Of a DNA stretch of 64,000 nucleotides, positions 26,598 to 40,476 are shown in pieces. The position numbers and the translations under genes were made by a program. The stretch's first letter is position 1. Every line of letters starts with the position of its first letter. The notes under the pieces are model-generated. The model had not been told where the DNA came from. It did not search any database and worked only from the letters and a program-made list of their open reading frames with translations. Source of the DNA: the human T2T-CHM13v2.0 reference genome, Homo sapiens; assembly GCF_009914755.1 (NCBI RefSeq), contig NC_060928.1. One strand, given 5' to 3'.

Positions 26598-27364
26598 TGT
26601 TATGGGTGGGTCTTTGTTCTTAGAGCTCCCAAGATGGTGGTAGTCCGCTCCCAAGATGGTGGTGGGCTGCTCCCAAGTTGGTGGCAAGCCTTTTGTTCTC
26701 TGACCTGAGGTTCTTGGCCTCACAGATTCCAAGGAATGGAACCTTGGGCCATGCGGTGACTGTTATAGCTCTATTAGAAACTAAGGGTCACAGAGGAGAA
26801 CTGTGGAACCCAGCGACTAGTGTTCAGCTCGAATAGGACGAACCCGGGTGCTTAGCCATGCAGGAACAATGGCAAGCCTCTAGCCCAAATGGGAGGGGCA
26901 ATGGGTGCCTCACTGGATCAGAAACACAGCAGACACCCTGCTGGGTCTGGAGGGGTGGAAGTCAATGGCGGGTCTGTGATGGCTGCAAACAGCAGTGGTG
27001 GACAGTGAGGGAAGGCTCAGCTCCAGCAGGAACACAGACCAGAGAAGCATGCAGTTACAAGATTTAAAAGAGTGAAAACAGAGCTCCCACACAAGGGGAG
27101 GGGACCCAAAGGGGTTGCCCACTTCCGGCTCGAATGCCTGGGGTTTATATCCCAATCATTGTCCCTCCCCCGTGCTCTCAGATGATAGATGATTTGACTA
27201 TTTCTTTACCTCCTGCTTTTAGCCTAATTGGTATTTTAGTGAGCCCTCTTTACTACCTGATTGGTCAGGTGTGAGCTGAGTTACAAGTCCCGTGTTTAAA
27301 GGAGGGTGCGGTCACCTTCCCTAGCTAGGCTTAGGAATTCTTAGTCGGCTAGTCCTGTCTCTCA
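26598..27364 (-). mobile_element. LTR17 (HERV-W) full-length solo LTR
   Basis: Minus strand starts TGAGAGACAGGACTAGC...TTTAAACACGGG...GACCAATCAG...GGGATATAAACCC and ends ...CCATAACA; perfect 4-bp TSD GTAT. Confidence 0.95.
27144..27264 (-). promoter_or_regulatory. HERV-W U3 core promoter motifs (CCAAT box and TATA box)
   Basis: CCAAT at 27260-27264 and GATATAAA at 27144-27151 on the minus strand; activity not shown. Confidence 0.55.
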
Positions 27365-27960
27365 GTATCCCAATAAATTGGTGACATATAGAGGTGTGAA
27401 GTTTAAAAGAGTAAATCATATTTTGTTTAGACTTGTTATTTTGAACATTTATTACTTAACAGAGTTGGAGGAAGAAATGAACTATGAAAATACTTTAAAT
27501 ATTTGAATGTACTAATGCCTTTAAAATTATTTTATAAATCACAGAACATCCATTTTGATAATAGATACTCTAACACAAAATACCAATTTTATTGTAATAT
27601 TGGTAGTGGCAAAATACTTGCTTTGCCATTTAAATAAAATTTAAAGTAAGCCTGCATCCCAGAGTCACATTTTAATAATTGTAAACTAGCAGAAAATAAG
27701 AAAACATGATTGAAGCAATTGCATAAGACATATTGAGAGAATGCACATTCAGCTATGGTGTACATGCTTATTACAGGAATAGAGGCCGATTTTAGAAAAT
27801 GGAGAACAAATTAAGTAAAAAAACAAAAAAACAAAAAAAACTTTATACTCACCAAGTATAGCCATCATAGCATATTTGCATTATATATATTTCCTGTCAC
27901 TATTTTTTCTATGCCCAAATTGTGATTAAACTCTAAGTACAATTAAAATGGTTATTTTCA

Positions 27961-28277
27961 GGCCAGCCGTGGTGGCTCATGCCTGTAATCCCAGCACTTT
28001 GGGAGGCCAAGGCAGCTGGATTGCTTCATCTCAGGAGTTAAAGAGACCAGCCTAGGCAACATGGCAAAACCCTGTCTCTGCTAAAAATGCAAAAATCAGC
28101 TGGGCATGGTGGCAAGTGCCTGTAATCCCAGCTACTTGGGAGGCTGAGGAAGGAGAATCACTTGAATCCGGAGGCAGAGGTTGCAGTGAGAGGAGATCGT
28201 GCCACTGCACAGAGGGAACGACAGAGGGAGACAGAGCCTGGGCGACAGAGGGAGACTCTGTCTCAAAAAGAGAAAAG
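27961..28277 (+). mobile_element. Alu SINE (J/S type) with a templated insertion in the right arm
   Basis: Full dimeric Alu; degenerate TSD AAAATGGTTATTTTC/AAAAGAGTGATTTTC. Confidence 0.93.
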
Positions 28278-28289
28278 AGTGATTTTCTA

Positions 28290-29700
28290 GCTTGATATTA
28301 TATTGTAAAAATTGTCTCATGTCATTAAAATCCTTCAAACATCTGTTTATACTGCCTAAAATAGTCTTTTGTATAGATGTGCCATAATTATTTTTTGATT
28401 ATTGAAATTTTGACTTATTTACATTATCTTCTATACACAAGATTATGATGAAGATTTTTTAACATATTTTTATGTTTAAATGTGTGATGATATACTTAGG
28501 AAAGATATCAGAATAAGAATAATTAAGTTAAATTATATAGGGATTTGTAAGTATTTTGATACAAACTGTTGAATGCTTTCCAGATGTTCAAACCAATTTA
28601 TATTCTGTACCAACTTTTCAACACAAAATCATATTTAAAAGTTATTTTCCATATGTTAAAGCATCAGTTTCTTCATTTGCTGCAACAACTACAGAAATAC
28701 AGTATTAAATATATTCATTAAACAATTTTTTTGTTTAATTGCTTATTCATTATTAGATTTCCCTATTTTTCACATTTATTTTAAGAGAGTGTATGTGTGT
28801 GTGTGCTTATGTGTCTGTATATGAGAGAGAGAATACAATATTAAACTTGGCATTGAAAAATAACCTTCCAATTAAAAAAAAATGTTAATTTATGTTCTTT
28901 TTGACATTAAGAAGGTTTAGTTATTTTTCATTCAGATCTATCAACATTTTCTTTAATAATTGCTTTCGTTTTTTAAATAATTAACAAATTGCTTCCAATT
29001 TAGCAATAAATATTTCTTTATTTTTTAAATAATTTATTTAAATATTCACTTTTTTGTCTATTTGAAACTGATTTTGGTTTATGGCATTAACACTACTGAT
29101 TACTATGTTCCTTCTCCATTGGTTCATGATAGTTCTTTCAGCATGAAATCAATGTTTATAACCATTAGAGTCTATTTTATGGAAGTTTACTATATTCCAT
29201 GAATTTGCCTGTTAAATATGATATTGTAAGAGGTTGTTATTATACTGATTGATTATACTGTGTTGTTTTATATAGCCCAATTTTAATTATTTTATAGCTT
29301 ATAATTTATTTTAATATCCAGAAAGTCATGTCACTTCTCATTACTCTTTCTTTTCCAAAAATCTTAGCTATTATTGCCTCTTTATTTTTCCAGATGAAGT
29401 TTATAGTTTTTTAAAAAAGATGAGAAATAAATAATTTGTTATTGTGTTGGAAATATAAACTATTTAAAAAAGAACCACAGTAGTTGATCTCCTCATCCAG
29501 ACTCATGGTAAATCTCTCCATTTATCAAAGACTTACTTAGACTTACTTATTATCTCTGAGGAAAAGTTTCAGGGTTTTATTTATATATGCACATAGCTTG
29601 AAGATTATACCTAGACATTTTATGTTTTTCTCTTTCTGTTTTTTTTCTGAACTTAGATGAATTTATGTATTTGCGTATAAGAAATGACAAAATGTTATTT
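28290..29700 (-). mobile_element. Highly diverged L1M (L1ME-like) fragments
   Basis: T-rich; GAATGCTTTCCAGA...ACCAATTTATATTC and CTTAGCTATTATTGCCTCTTTATTTTTCCAGATGAA resemble antisense old L1 ORF2. Confidence 0.5.
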
Positions 29701-29859
29701 AAAAATGATTAGCAACTTTCAAAAATGGCATTTTTCATATTGGCAAGCTCCAGGTGAAACTGGTATAGTCATGTGTTACGTGGGTGCTGAGGTGGGTCGT
29801 AGTAACTGCTAACACTTATTTAGTGCTTACACTTTGCTAGACTTCATCTTAGCAGTTTC

Positions 29860-30139
29860 TTTTTTTTTTGAGATGGAACCTCGCTCTGTTGCCTACGCTG
29901 GAGTGCAGTGGCTCACTGCAACATCCACCTCCCAGGTTCAAGCAATTCTCTGCTTCAGCCTCCCGAGTAGCTGGGATTACAGTCGCCCGCCACCATGCCA
30001 GGCTAATTTTTTTGTATTTTTAGTAGAGATGAGGTTTCACCATCTTGGCCAAGCTGGTCTTGAACTCCTGACCTTGTGATCAACCCGCCTTAGGGTCCCA
30101 AAGTGCTGGGATCATAGGCGTGAGCCACCGAGCCCGGCT
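29860..30139 (-). mobile_element. Alu SINE (S type)
   Basis: Poly(T) followed by antisense Alu; TSD ATCTTAGCA(G/T)TTTCT. Confidence 0.95.
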
Positions 30140-30793
30140 AATCTTAGCATTTTCTAAGTGTAGTGTCATTTAGACTAAGCAATAGCAATATAAGGCAGGC
30201 ACTGCTATCACAGAAAGTTCAAATTCAAGTAAAATAACCCAAGTTTAATTAAGTGGTACTGCTGCCAGAACTCAAAACTAGGCAGTCTAACTCCACAGTC
30301 TGTGCCAGTAATCATTAACTTTTTGTTTTTTTATTATAATAGTTTTATTGAAATAGAGTTTATACACCACAAAATTTACTTACCTCAAGTGTACAATTCA
30401 ATTGTTTAGTATATTCACAGAGATGTGCAATTGTTAATCAATGGTAGGACATTTTATCACCCACCAAAAATGACCTGTACCTATTAGCAGTCATTCTGCA
30501 TTTTCTCTTTAGCCATTTCCAGCCCCTGGCAACCACTAAACTACTTTCTGTGTCTATGGATTTGCCTATTCTGGATGTTTCACAAATAGAATAATAAAAT
30601 ATATGACTTTTTGTGACTGGCTAATTTCACTTAGTATGATGTTCTACAGGTTCACCCATATTGTAACATGTATTAGTACTGAATACTCTTTTATAGACAA
30701 ATAATATTCCTTTGTATGATTAAATCACATTGTTTATCTGTTCATCAGTTGATGGACATTTGGGGTTTTTCTATTTTTGACTGTTACAAATAA

Positions 30794-31114
<321 letters not shown>

Positions 31115-31289
31115 TATAAACATTCTTGTTCAAATTTTTTGTGGCTGTATGTTTTTCCTTTGGTATATACCTTGGAGTGAAATTGCTGAATCATATGGAA
31201 ACTCTATGTTTAACATTATGAGAGATTGCTGAACGGTTTTCCAAAGCACTGCACTATGACACATTTCCATCAGCAGTTTCTGAGGGTAC

Positions 31290-31688
31290 TGTCATATTCT
31301 GTTTGTGCTGCTATAACAGAATACCTGAGACTGTTCTAATTTATGAAGAACAGAAATGTGTTTTCTCACAGTTCTGGAGGCTGGGAAGTTCACGATCAAG
31401 GTGCCGACGGGGTTAGTGTCTGGCGAGGGTAGCTCCCAGCTTCCAAGATGGCACCTTGTTGCTGCATACTATTAGGGGGAGGGACGTTGTGTCCTCACAT
31501 GGCAGAAGGCAGAAGAGCAAGTAAGCAAGCAGGACTGTGCAAAGCCTCCTTCGTAACAGCCTTATTTCCATTCATGAGGGAGCTCTCCTGGCCTAATCAC
31601 CTCTCTGAGGCTCTACCTCTTAATACTATCACACTGGCCCTTAGTTGCAACACCTGAATTTTGGAGAGGACACCTTCAAACCATAGAA
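31290..31688 (-). mobile_element. MST-type (MSTC/D-like) MaLR solo LTR
   Basis: TTTGTGCTGCTATAACAGAATACCTGAGACTG...CAGTTCTGGAGGCTGGGAAG...TTCAAACCATAG; TSD GGTAC/GGTTC. Confidence 0.85.
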
Positions 31689-31849
31689 GGTTCTAATTTC
31701 TTCACATCCTCCCCACCAAAAACTGTTATTAGGTGGCTTTTTGATTATATATATTTTCTTGGAAGAGTAAGTTGGTACCTCCTAGTGGGTTTGATTTGCA
31801 TTTCCCTAATGACTAAAGATGTAGAGCTTACATTTTGCTTACTCACCAT

Positions 31850-32520
31850 TGTCTTATTTCTGTTTGGGCTGCTATGACAAAGTACCTTAAACTGAGTAAC
31901 TTATAAGCAAAAGAAATGTATTCATTTCTTACAGTGATGAAGACGGGGAAGTCCAAGATTAGGGTGCTGGCATTACCTGGTGAAAGCTCTTGTTCTCACA
32001 GACAGAGTGCCTTGTAGCTGTGCTTTTACACAGTGGAAAGGGTAGACAAGCTTCTTCAATCCATTTTTATTTTTATTTTTTGAGATGGCTTTCATTCTTG
32101 TCACCCAGGCTGGAGTGCAGTGGCGTGATCTCCGCTCACTTCAACCTTCGCCTCCTGGGTTCAATTGATTCTCCTGCCTTAGCCTCCTGAGTAACTGGCA
32201 TTATAGGTGCCTGCCACCACACCTGGCTAATTTTTGTCTTTTTACTAGAGACGGGGTTTCACCATGTTGGCCAGTGTTGTCTTGAACTCCTGACCTCAGG
32301 TAATCTGCCCACCTCAGCCTCCAAAAGTGCTGGGATGACAGGTGTGAGCCACCATGCCCAGCCTTCAACCATTTTTATAGTCACTAATCCCATTCATGAG
32401 GGCTCTGTCCTCATGACCTAACCACCTCCCAAAAGTCCCCACTTCCTAATACTATCACTTTGTGGCTTAGGGTTTCAACATGTGTAATTGGAGGGCGACA
32501 GAAACATTTAAACCATAACA
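31850..32520 (-). mobile_element. MLT1A/MSTD-like MaLR solo LTR containing an Alu
   Basis: TGTCTTA...TTTGGGCTGCTATGACAAAGTACC...ACATTTAAACCATAACA. Confidence 0.8.
32064..32363 (-). mobile_element. Alu SINE (S type)
   Basis: Antisense Alu; TSD TTCAA(T)CCATTTTTAT. Confidence 0.95.
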
Positions 32521-32855
32521 GCTGTCTGCATATCTTTGATTCAAATTCTTTTCCTATTCTTTTTTTAACTGTGTTGTCCTTTGTTGAGTTGTCTTTAGGA
32601 TATTTTCTGCCATTTTGTGTAATTTTTCTTTTTACTTTTTTGACATCATTTATTGAAGGAGAAAAGTTTTTAATTTTTATGAAATCCTAATTTTTCTTTT
32701 GTTGCTTGTACTTTGATGTCATATCAAAAAAGCCTTTGTCTAACCCCAGGTCACAACAATTTACTCCTCTATTTTCCAGTTTTAGTATATGTGCTGCCGA
32801 GGCAAGCATTACTCCTCTATTTCTTCTAAGTGTTACATTTAAGACTCTGATCCTT

Positions 32856-33157
32856 TGTATTTTTATTTTTATTTTTTTGAGACAGAGTCTTGCTGTGTCA
32901 CCCAGGCTGGAGTGCGGTGGCGGGATCTCGGCTCACTGTAACCTCCGACTCTCTGGGTCAAGTGATTCTCCTGCCTCAGCCTCCTGAATAGCTGGGATTA
33001 CAGGCATACACCACCATGCCCAGCTAATTTTTGTATTTTTAGTAGAGACGGGATTTCACCACCTTGGCCAGGATGGTCTCCATCTCCTGACCTTGTGATC
33101 CGCCTACCTCGGCCTCCCAAAGTGCTGGGATTACAGGCGTGACCACTGCGCCCAGCT
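32856..33157 (-). mobile_element. Alu SINE (Sc-like)
   Basis: Antisense Alu; TSD ACTCTGATCC(A/T)TT. Confidence 0.95.
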
Positions 33158-33399
33158 CAACTCTGATCCATTTTGAGTTAATTTTTGTGTAGCGTGTGAG
33201 GAAGGAGTCCAACTTCCTTCTAATGCATCTGGATGTCTGGTTATCACAGCCCTATTTTCAAACCAGGATTTGATGTTGTCAATAACTAGTCCAGTGTCCT
33301 TTATCATACATACATGAATGCATACACATACACTTACATCCTTTAATAGCTCCTGATTTCTCTTAGTGTAAAGGTGTAAATCTTTACCATGATTTACAA

Positions 33400-33880
33400 A
33401 GATCATCCTCATGCCTGTCAAATTACATGACTGCAAGGGACCATTCACCTCCCGGGCTTCATTTGGTTTTTTAGCTCTTGCCGCCATTGTCATCAATTAG
33501 ATGCCTAAGAAATGTGTTTTCTTTCACTACTGGATCTTTGCACATGTTATGCCATTCTCATGAAATTTTCTTTCCTTTTTTTCTATTTTAATCACTCACA
33601 CTCATCCCTCAGAGTTCCCCTCAGTTGTAATTTCCTTAGGTAAGCCTGTTGGCATTCTTCCTTAAGTCGAATCTCCCTAGAGCACTGGTGTACCTGCCTG
33701 TGGCTGTATTAAAACAAATTAAGCTTACTTTTGAGATTTTTAAATTTTTTTGTGTCTCCCACATGGGCTTATGTAGTCCGGGACCATGTTAGCTTTTTCA
33801 CTTCATTATATTTCCACACCTGGAACTCTGTCGGGACCCTAGTTAGGCTCTATTAATATGGATTAAAATAATGAATGAGA
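33400..33880 (+). mobile_element. L2 fragment including the 3' end
   Basis: GGATCTTTGCACATGTTATGCC...GGACCCTAGTTAGGCTCTATTAATATGG...AATGAATGA. Confidence 0.55.
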
Positions 33881-33964
33881 ACACCTCCTCTATGCAGCAG
33901 TTGTGGAATTCTTTGTTAGGATTAGGGTGGTCTTGTTTGCATCTGCTGTTTCCATAATTTTTTT

Positions 33965-34770
33965 AGAGCAACAATTTACTGAGTGTTTGTTGTGTGTTCG
34001 ACACTGTTCCAAACGCTTTAGATGTAGTAGTAAACAAAACAAAAATGTCTTCACTCAATGGAACTTATCATGGAATACAGATCATAGGTGATAAAACTGA
34101 ACATAATATATAAGTAAGCTATACTGCATATTTGAAGAATACACGGAGATTTGAAAATGGAAAATTAGAGCAAGTTAGGGAGTTTGGATGTAGGTAAGGA
34201 GAGTTGCAGTTTTAAGTACTTTGGTTGGGGTAGATTCTGTTAAGAAGGTGACAGTCAAAAATGTGAAGGAGGAATTTAGCTTTACAGATACATTGGAGAA
34301 GAGGGGGATTTTTTTTTTCCGGGCAGAAGGAACAGTTAGTACAAAAGGCCTGCTGCTGGAAGCACATTTGGTATTGGAGCAAGTATGAAGAGGTCATTGT
34401 GACTGGAGCCAAGTGAATAAAGTCATCAAGAGAGCAGTAGAAGAGGGATTCTGAGATGTAAAAGGTGGGGAAGGGAGTGTAGATTATACATCCTCTCTGA
34501 GGCCACAAAAGGAATTTGCCAAGATTGATGTGGAAAAATATTTCTGGGTATTTCATCAGAGTGGCATGATGTGGCTTATACTTAAATGATCATTCTGGCT
34601 GCTGTGCTGAAGATAGACTGCAGGGGATAAGGGTATAACGAGGCGGATGAGTTAGGAGGCCTTTGCTGCAGATTACCTAGATAATACCAGGGGAGCTGTT
34701 GAGAAGCGGCTGGATTCCAAGTATATGGTAAAGGTAGAGCCAAAGGGTTTTCTGATGGATTGGATGTTGT
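33965..34770 (-). mobile_element. L2a fragment
   Basis: CAACAATTTACTGAGTG...GATCATTCTGGCTGCTGTGCTGAAGATAGACTG...TTTCTGATGGATTGGATG. Confidence 0.75.
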
Positions 34771-35114
34771 CCTGAATCTGTAAATATCATTTTTAAGCTG
34801 GTCCAAATCACAAGTCAATCCATGAAAGGTTGCTTCTAAAATGTTGAAAAATTTTCATTCAGTTCTACTAGTTATTAACTTAATATCTAGAATGAAAATG
34901 TTATGAAAAAAACCTAAACAAGCCAAAAAAATACCCAAAAAACTGAAAACCCAAAAAATACCTCCTCCCTAAAATGCTTACTTATTTCTTCAACTGAATG
35001 AAAACCCACTGATTTTTTAATAACATTATGCACATACTCTAAGATTGGCAATAGAGGAAATATTTTCTTATGCAGAAGCAAGATTCTAGTCATCTCTCCA
35101 CACTACCCTGACTT

Positions 35115-35116
<2 letters not shown>

Positions 35117-35144
<28 letters not shown>
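35117..35144. repeat. T28 homopolymer
   Basis: 28 consecutive T with no attached SINE/LINE body. Confidence 0.95.
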
Positions 35145-35149
<5 letters not shown>

Positions 35150-35329
35150 ATTACCACTGTCACTGTCTTCTTGATTTCAGGAAAGTTGTTTCTTCCTATT
35201 TAACCTCTGGCCTAAGAGGAGGAGGTTGGGAAGACACACTTTTCTTAATTCTTTTTAGCAACGTATAGGCCAGGTGAAAATATTTCAGTAAGACTGAACT
35301 AAATGTTTGGAGAAGACAAGAAAATATAA

Positions 35330-35705
<376 letters not shown>

Positions 35706-37836
35706 TCCTTGAGGTCCTGGACAGAGAATATTCCTACCACAGTCCTTGGCTTCATGTGAAGTCTTTCATCCCTTCACCAAAGAAGAGCCTCAACTTACCT
35801 GGGCTCCTTGGTGTCTAAGTCCTATAGAGTGAGACTCAAGAAAGACAAAATGACTTCCTGCTCTGTTATCCAAACCCTCTTTCCAACTTACTGTTTCCCC
35901 TTGAAATATCTGCCTTTTCCAGTGTGATGAATAGCATGGCTTTTCAGGGATAGAGAAGGATAAGAAAGTGTCTTTACTCTGGGCAACCCAGACATTCAGT
36001 CAGTACACAGGACATTAAGCTAGCATCTGTACAGGAGACACAGGGACTAACAAAAGAGTGGGTGGTTTTAAAATTGTATTTAATTAATTAATTTATATTT
36101 TGGCTACACATGGTATTTCTGAGGAGATCAAGGTGATTTGCTTTTCTCTAACATAGTGTGAAAATTAATTTGTCTTCACAGAATTGGAAAAATGAATGTA
36201 ATTTGACATATGTCTTGAGTCTGGTTGGCTTCTGAGGAACTTGTGTGCATCTCATCAGTATGCATCTTAAGAACTGAAATGACCCTACTTCAGCATTGTG
36301 AGAAGACATGCATTCTCTTCGTATAAATAATGTGGATCTTACATGTAAAGTATTATAAAGATTAGCTGTTTAACAACTTAAATAAGCTTGTGAATAATAA
36401 ATTAATAACAATGTTATGCTAATACGTAACTATGATATTTGCTGAACAAAATAAATTTGCCTACTTTGGAAGCAGATTGGGTGGTTTAATATATCAGCAA
36501 AAGAGTGTTTTTAAAAAATATCAAAGTTCTGTTAATCAAAACGTTTATTGTAGGACAGTTAGTAATGTTTTGTTTGCCAACTTATATTACAAAGTCTCTG
36601 TCTTAAGTGTTTCCTTGCAAATAAAATGACAATACTGCCTTACATTTTATTACTTTAGAGTTTGCAAAATATCTTCATTATAATATTTCATTTAGTAGAC
36701 ATGCCTATGGGAACATTACTTCCAGAATTAAAAACATTATTTTTGTTTTGGTATATTTTTAAACTACAAATGATAGAAAGGCAAGTAAATGTAAGTTTTT
36801 CTCTAGTTATTTGTTCAAATGCTAATTTAAAACATTTGTACATTTCTAATACAAACATTCCTTATTTGAGAAAAAATGGATTTCTTAAAAACAAAATGCA
36901 TTTTAAAGCAGAGAGACAGGGCATTGAGCTGAAAATGGTGGCTGGAAGTTGGGATCTGTAAGAGAAGTTGAATGTGCCCCGAGGCATAAAGCTGCTAATT
37001 TTGTTTTATTGGATTTTACTGTAGCTATTAATATATTTTGCTGGAGATTTATGTGATCAATTTATCTTATGGCCAGAACTAATTCCCTTAGTATATTTTA
37101 TTAGAATATGTGACTTTTTCTAAATTTAGCTTTATTTTTCATATTTTCCATAAATGGCAAAGATTCTATGTTTCCAGACATGTTAAGTATTGCAAGAATT
37201 ATTGGAGCACCTAAAGATAAATAATATCAAAATAGTGTCATTGTTTCCCTTAGTTTCTCCTTCTCCCCCACAAATAAACCAAGAGGTATTTAGTTATACT
37301 ATTGCATGTCTCTAGCTTTATTGGATTCTTCCATGAAAGAAAAATGGATTACATTTTTGGTTGTGTGGCCCTCGTTGCCCTATTGCACTTTTGATAATGT
37401 TTGCCTGTGACAAGTAGTTATTTTTCATTACCACATTCAATCATGGGTAATAAAATATTTTAATAATGGTGAATGTGAAGTTAATTAATAACCCGCAGGT
37501 ATGGCAGCTAGACAGGATTGCTCTCCATCTCAAACACAAGGAAAACAATTCCATCGGTAGTTATAAATTTGCATATGAATGTCAAATATATGAGGTTTTG
37601 AATAAAAATCATTTCTGAGTAAAAGTGTACATCGGCAAGCTGTATTTAAGTTCCGTATTTATAGATAAATTATTTCAGAATATGTTAGTTACTATGAATC
37701 ATAATCAGAGTTCTTCAGTTAGGGAACTCTTGTAGTGCGTCAGTAGGTATCAATATTGAAATATTTGATATTATTTAACATGTTTTGCAACTTAGTTGAG
37801 TGTATATATGGTTTTACATATATTTAAGACATATAG

Positions 37837-38291
<455 letters not shown>

Positions 38292-38428
38292 TCTTCTTCC
38301 CCGTCTTAATCTTCCTTCCCTCTTTCTTTCCCTCTCTCTCCCTCTCTCTTCTTCCTCTTTTCTCCTTCCTCTCTCCCTCCCTCCTTTCTTCCTTCCTTCC
38401 TTCCTACTTTTTCTTTCTTTCTGCCTTC
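38292..38428. repeat. CT-rich polypyrimidine low-complexity tract
   Basis: Almost pure C/T with TTCC and CTCT units. Confidence 0.9.
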
Positions 38429-38492
38429 TAATACCCATCTTGTTTTTTGCAAAGTCAGCAAAAACCAGACAAAATAATAAAATCTTTAGTAA

Positions 38493-38887
<395 letters not shown>

Positions 38888-39029
38888 GAGTCCATTTGGG
38901 AATGGCTCAAGTTGTTTAACCATGTGAGACATAGAATTTTTGATTCTCTCATTCCGTTATAGATGCATTGCTTGTGTTGCTCAATCTATTCTTTTTAGGT
39001 ATGAAAGGGACTATCATTGTTATTGTTTA

Positions 39030-39960
39030 TTACTTATTAGGAGAGGAGCAGGTGATATAGAGAAGTAACAAGGCCTGGTCAGACAGGGCCCTTCCTTGTG
39101 GGACCTTTGAAAGGCTTTCATTTTTACTGTGAGCAACAAGGATTGTGAGCAGAAGAGTGACATGATTGGAATTACATTTTATCCCTTTGGCCACTGAGTT
39201 TCTAGCTCACTATTGAGGGAAGGGTGAAAGCAGGGAGGCCAATTTGAAATCGATGAAATAATCTAGGCAAGAGATGATGCAGGCCTAGACCAAAGTAGTT
39301 GCTGTACAAATGCCATGAAATGCTCATATTTGGTGGGATATGGAGTGAAGGTAGGAGCAAAATTTTACTGACGGACTAGATATCTGTCCTTAGAGAAAAG
39401 AGGACCCTGGATATTTTCAAGACTTTTACCCTAAACTACTAAAAGGTTAGCATTGCTGTAAAATAAGATCAGAAAGACTGCGGCAAGACAGATATAGGGA
39501 AAGATCAAATTTTCAGTTCGGAAGATTTTGAAGGTGGACTATCTCTTAGCCATTTATGTGGTGATCTTTTCTAGGTAGTTGGATATAGGAATTTTGAGTT
39601 CAAGGGGCAGTTCTGCCTGGGAGATTTAAATGTAGGAAACATCACTTAACAGTGTATTCATAAATCATTATCTAGGTGAAATTACATAAAGATAAAAGGG
39701 GATGCACTGAACCTGATGGTACTTTCCTGTACAATTGAGAAAAGGTGAAATAAGCAGAAGACCAAGGGATGCATTGGGAGGAGGAGAACCAGGAGGAGGA
39801 CCACGTAATGGAAGCCAAGTGAAGACAGTGTTTCCCAGTGCTGGTGAGTTAAGTAAGATGAAGACTCGGACTTGACCATGTAGCCATGTGGAGGGTATTG
39901 ATGATTTCTGGTTCCCCAGAAGGGACAATAGAAATAATTACATATCGATAGAGGAATCCT
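39030..39960 (-). mobile_element. L2 fragment
   Basis: GAGCAGAAGAGTGACATGAT...TAATCTAGGCAAGAGATGATG...GGAAGCCAAGTGAAGACAGTGTTTC. Confidence 0.75.
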
Positions 39961-40049
39961 AAAATTACACTTTGTGATTTTCCTCACCTTGAGAGCTCTT
40001 ATATCTCTGGCAGTGTCTAAATCTTTTATAGTTATTGACTCATTTACTC

Positions 40050-40230
40050 ATCCATATAAACTGTAAAGTAGAATCCCTTATTATACTCACTTTAGAGATG
40101 TGAAAACTGAAATCAGAGAAGTTAAATAATTGGGCCATGTTATTACATGGCCAGAAAGTAGCAGAGCTAAGATTTGATCTCAATTGTTCTGATTTTAGAG
40201 TCCACAGTCTTAAACACTGCACTATATACT
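40050..40230 (-). mobile_element. MIR SINE
   Basis: TTATTATACTCACTTTAGAGATGTGAAAACTGAAATCAGAGAAGTTAAATAAT. Confidence 0.75.
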
Positions 40231-40476
40231 AGCTATGAAATAAAGGAAAGTTAAACATGATTTATATATGATCCTAAGTAGTAGAATTTATATAGGATTT
40301 TTATATTTTTATGTGATCTATATTACATATTATTCTAAGTAGTAGGATAAAAAAGCAAAAATGGCTGCCATGTGATCATCAAAGAATGCTAAGTTCAGAG
40401 TGTTTTAGTATCATATATTTTTTTCTAAATATTTTTTCCTTTAATAAAGAGTTGAGCCATTAACTATTAGGCATTG

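Noticed and set aside
26625-26685. Three short direct repeats resembling a CRISPR-like array
   Set aside because: The spacers are only ~5 nt and the repeats belong to LTR17 U5 in eukaryotic DNA.
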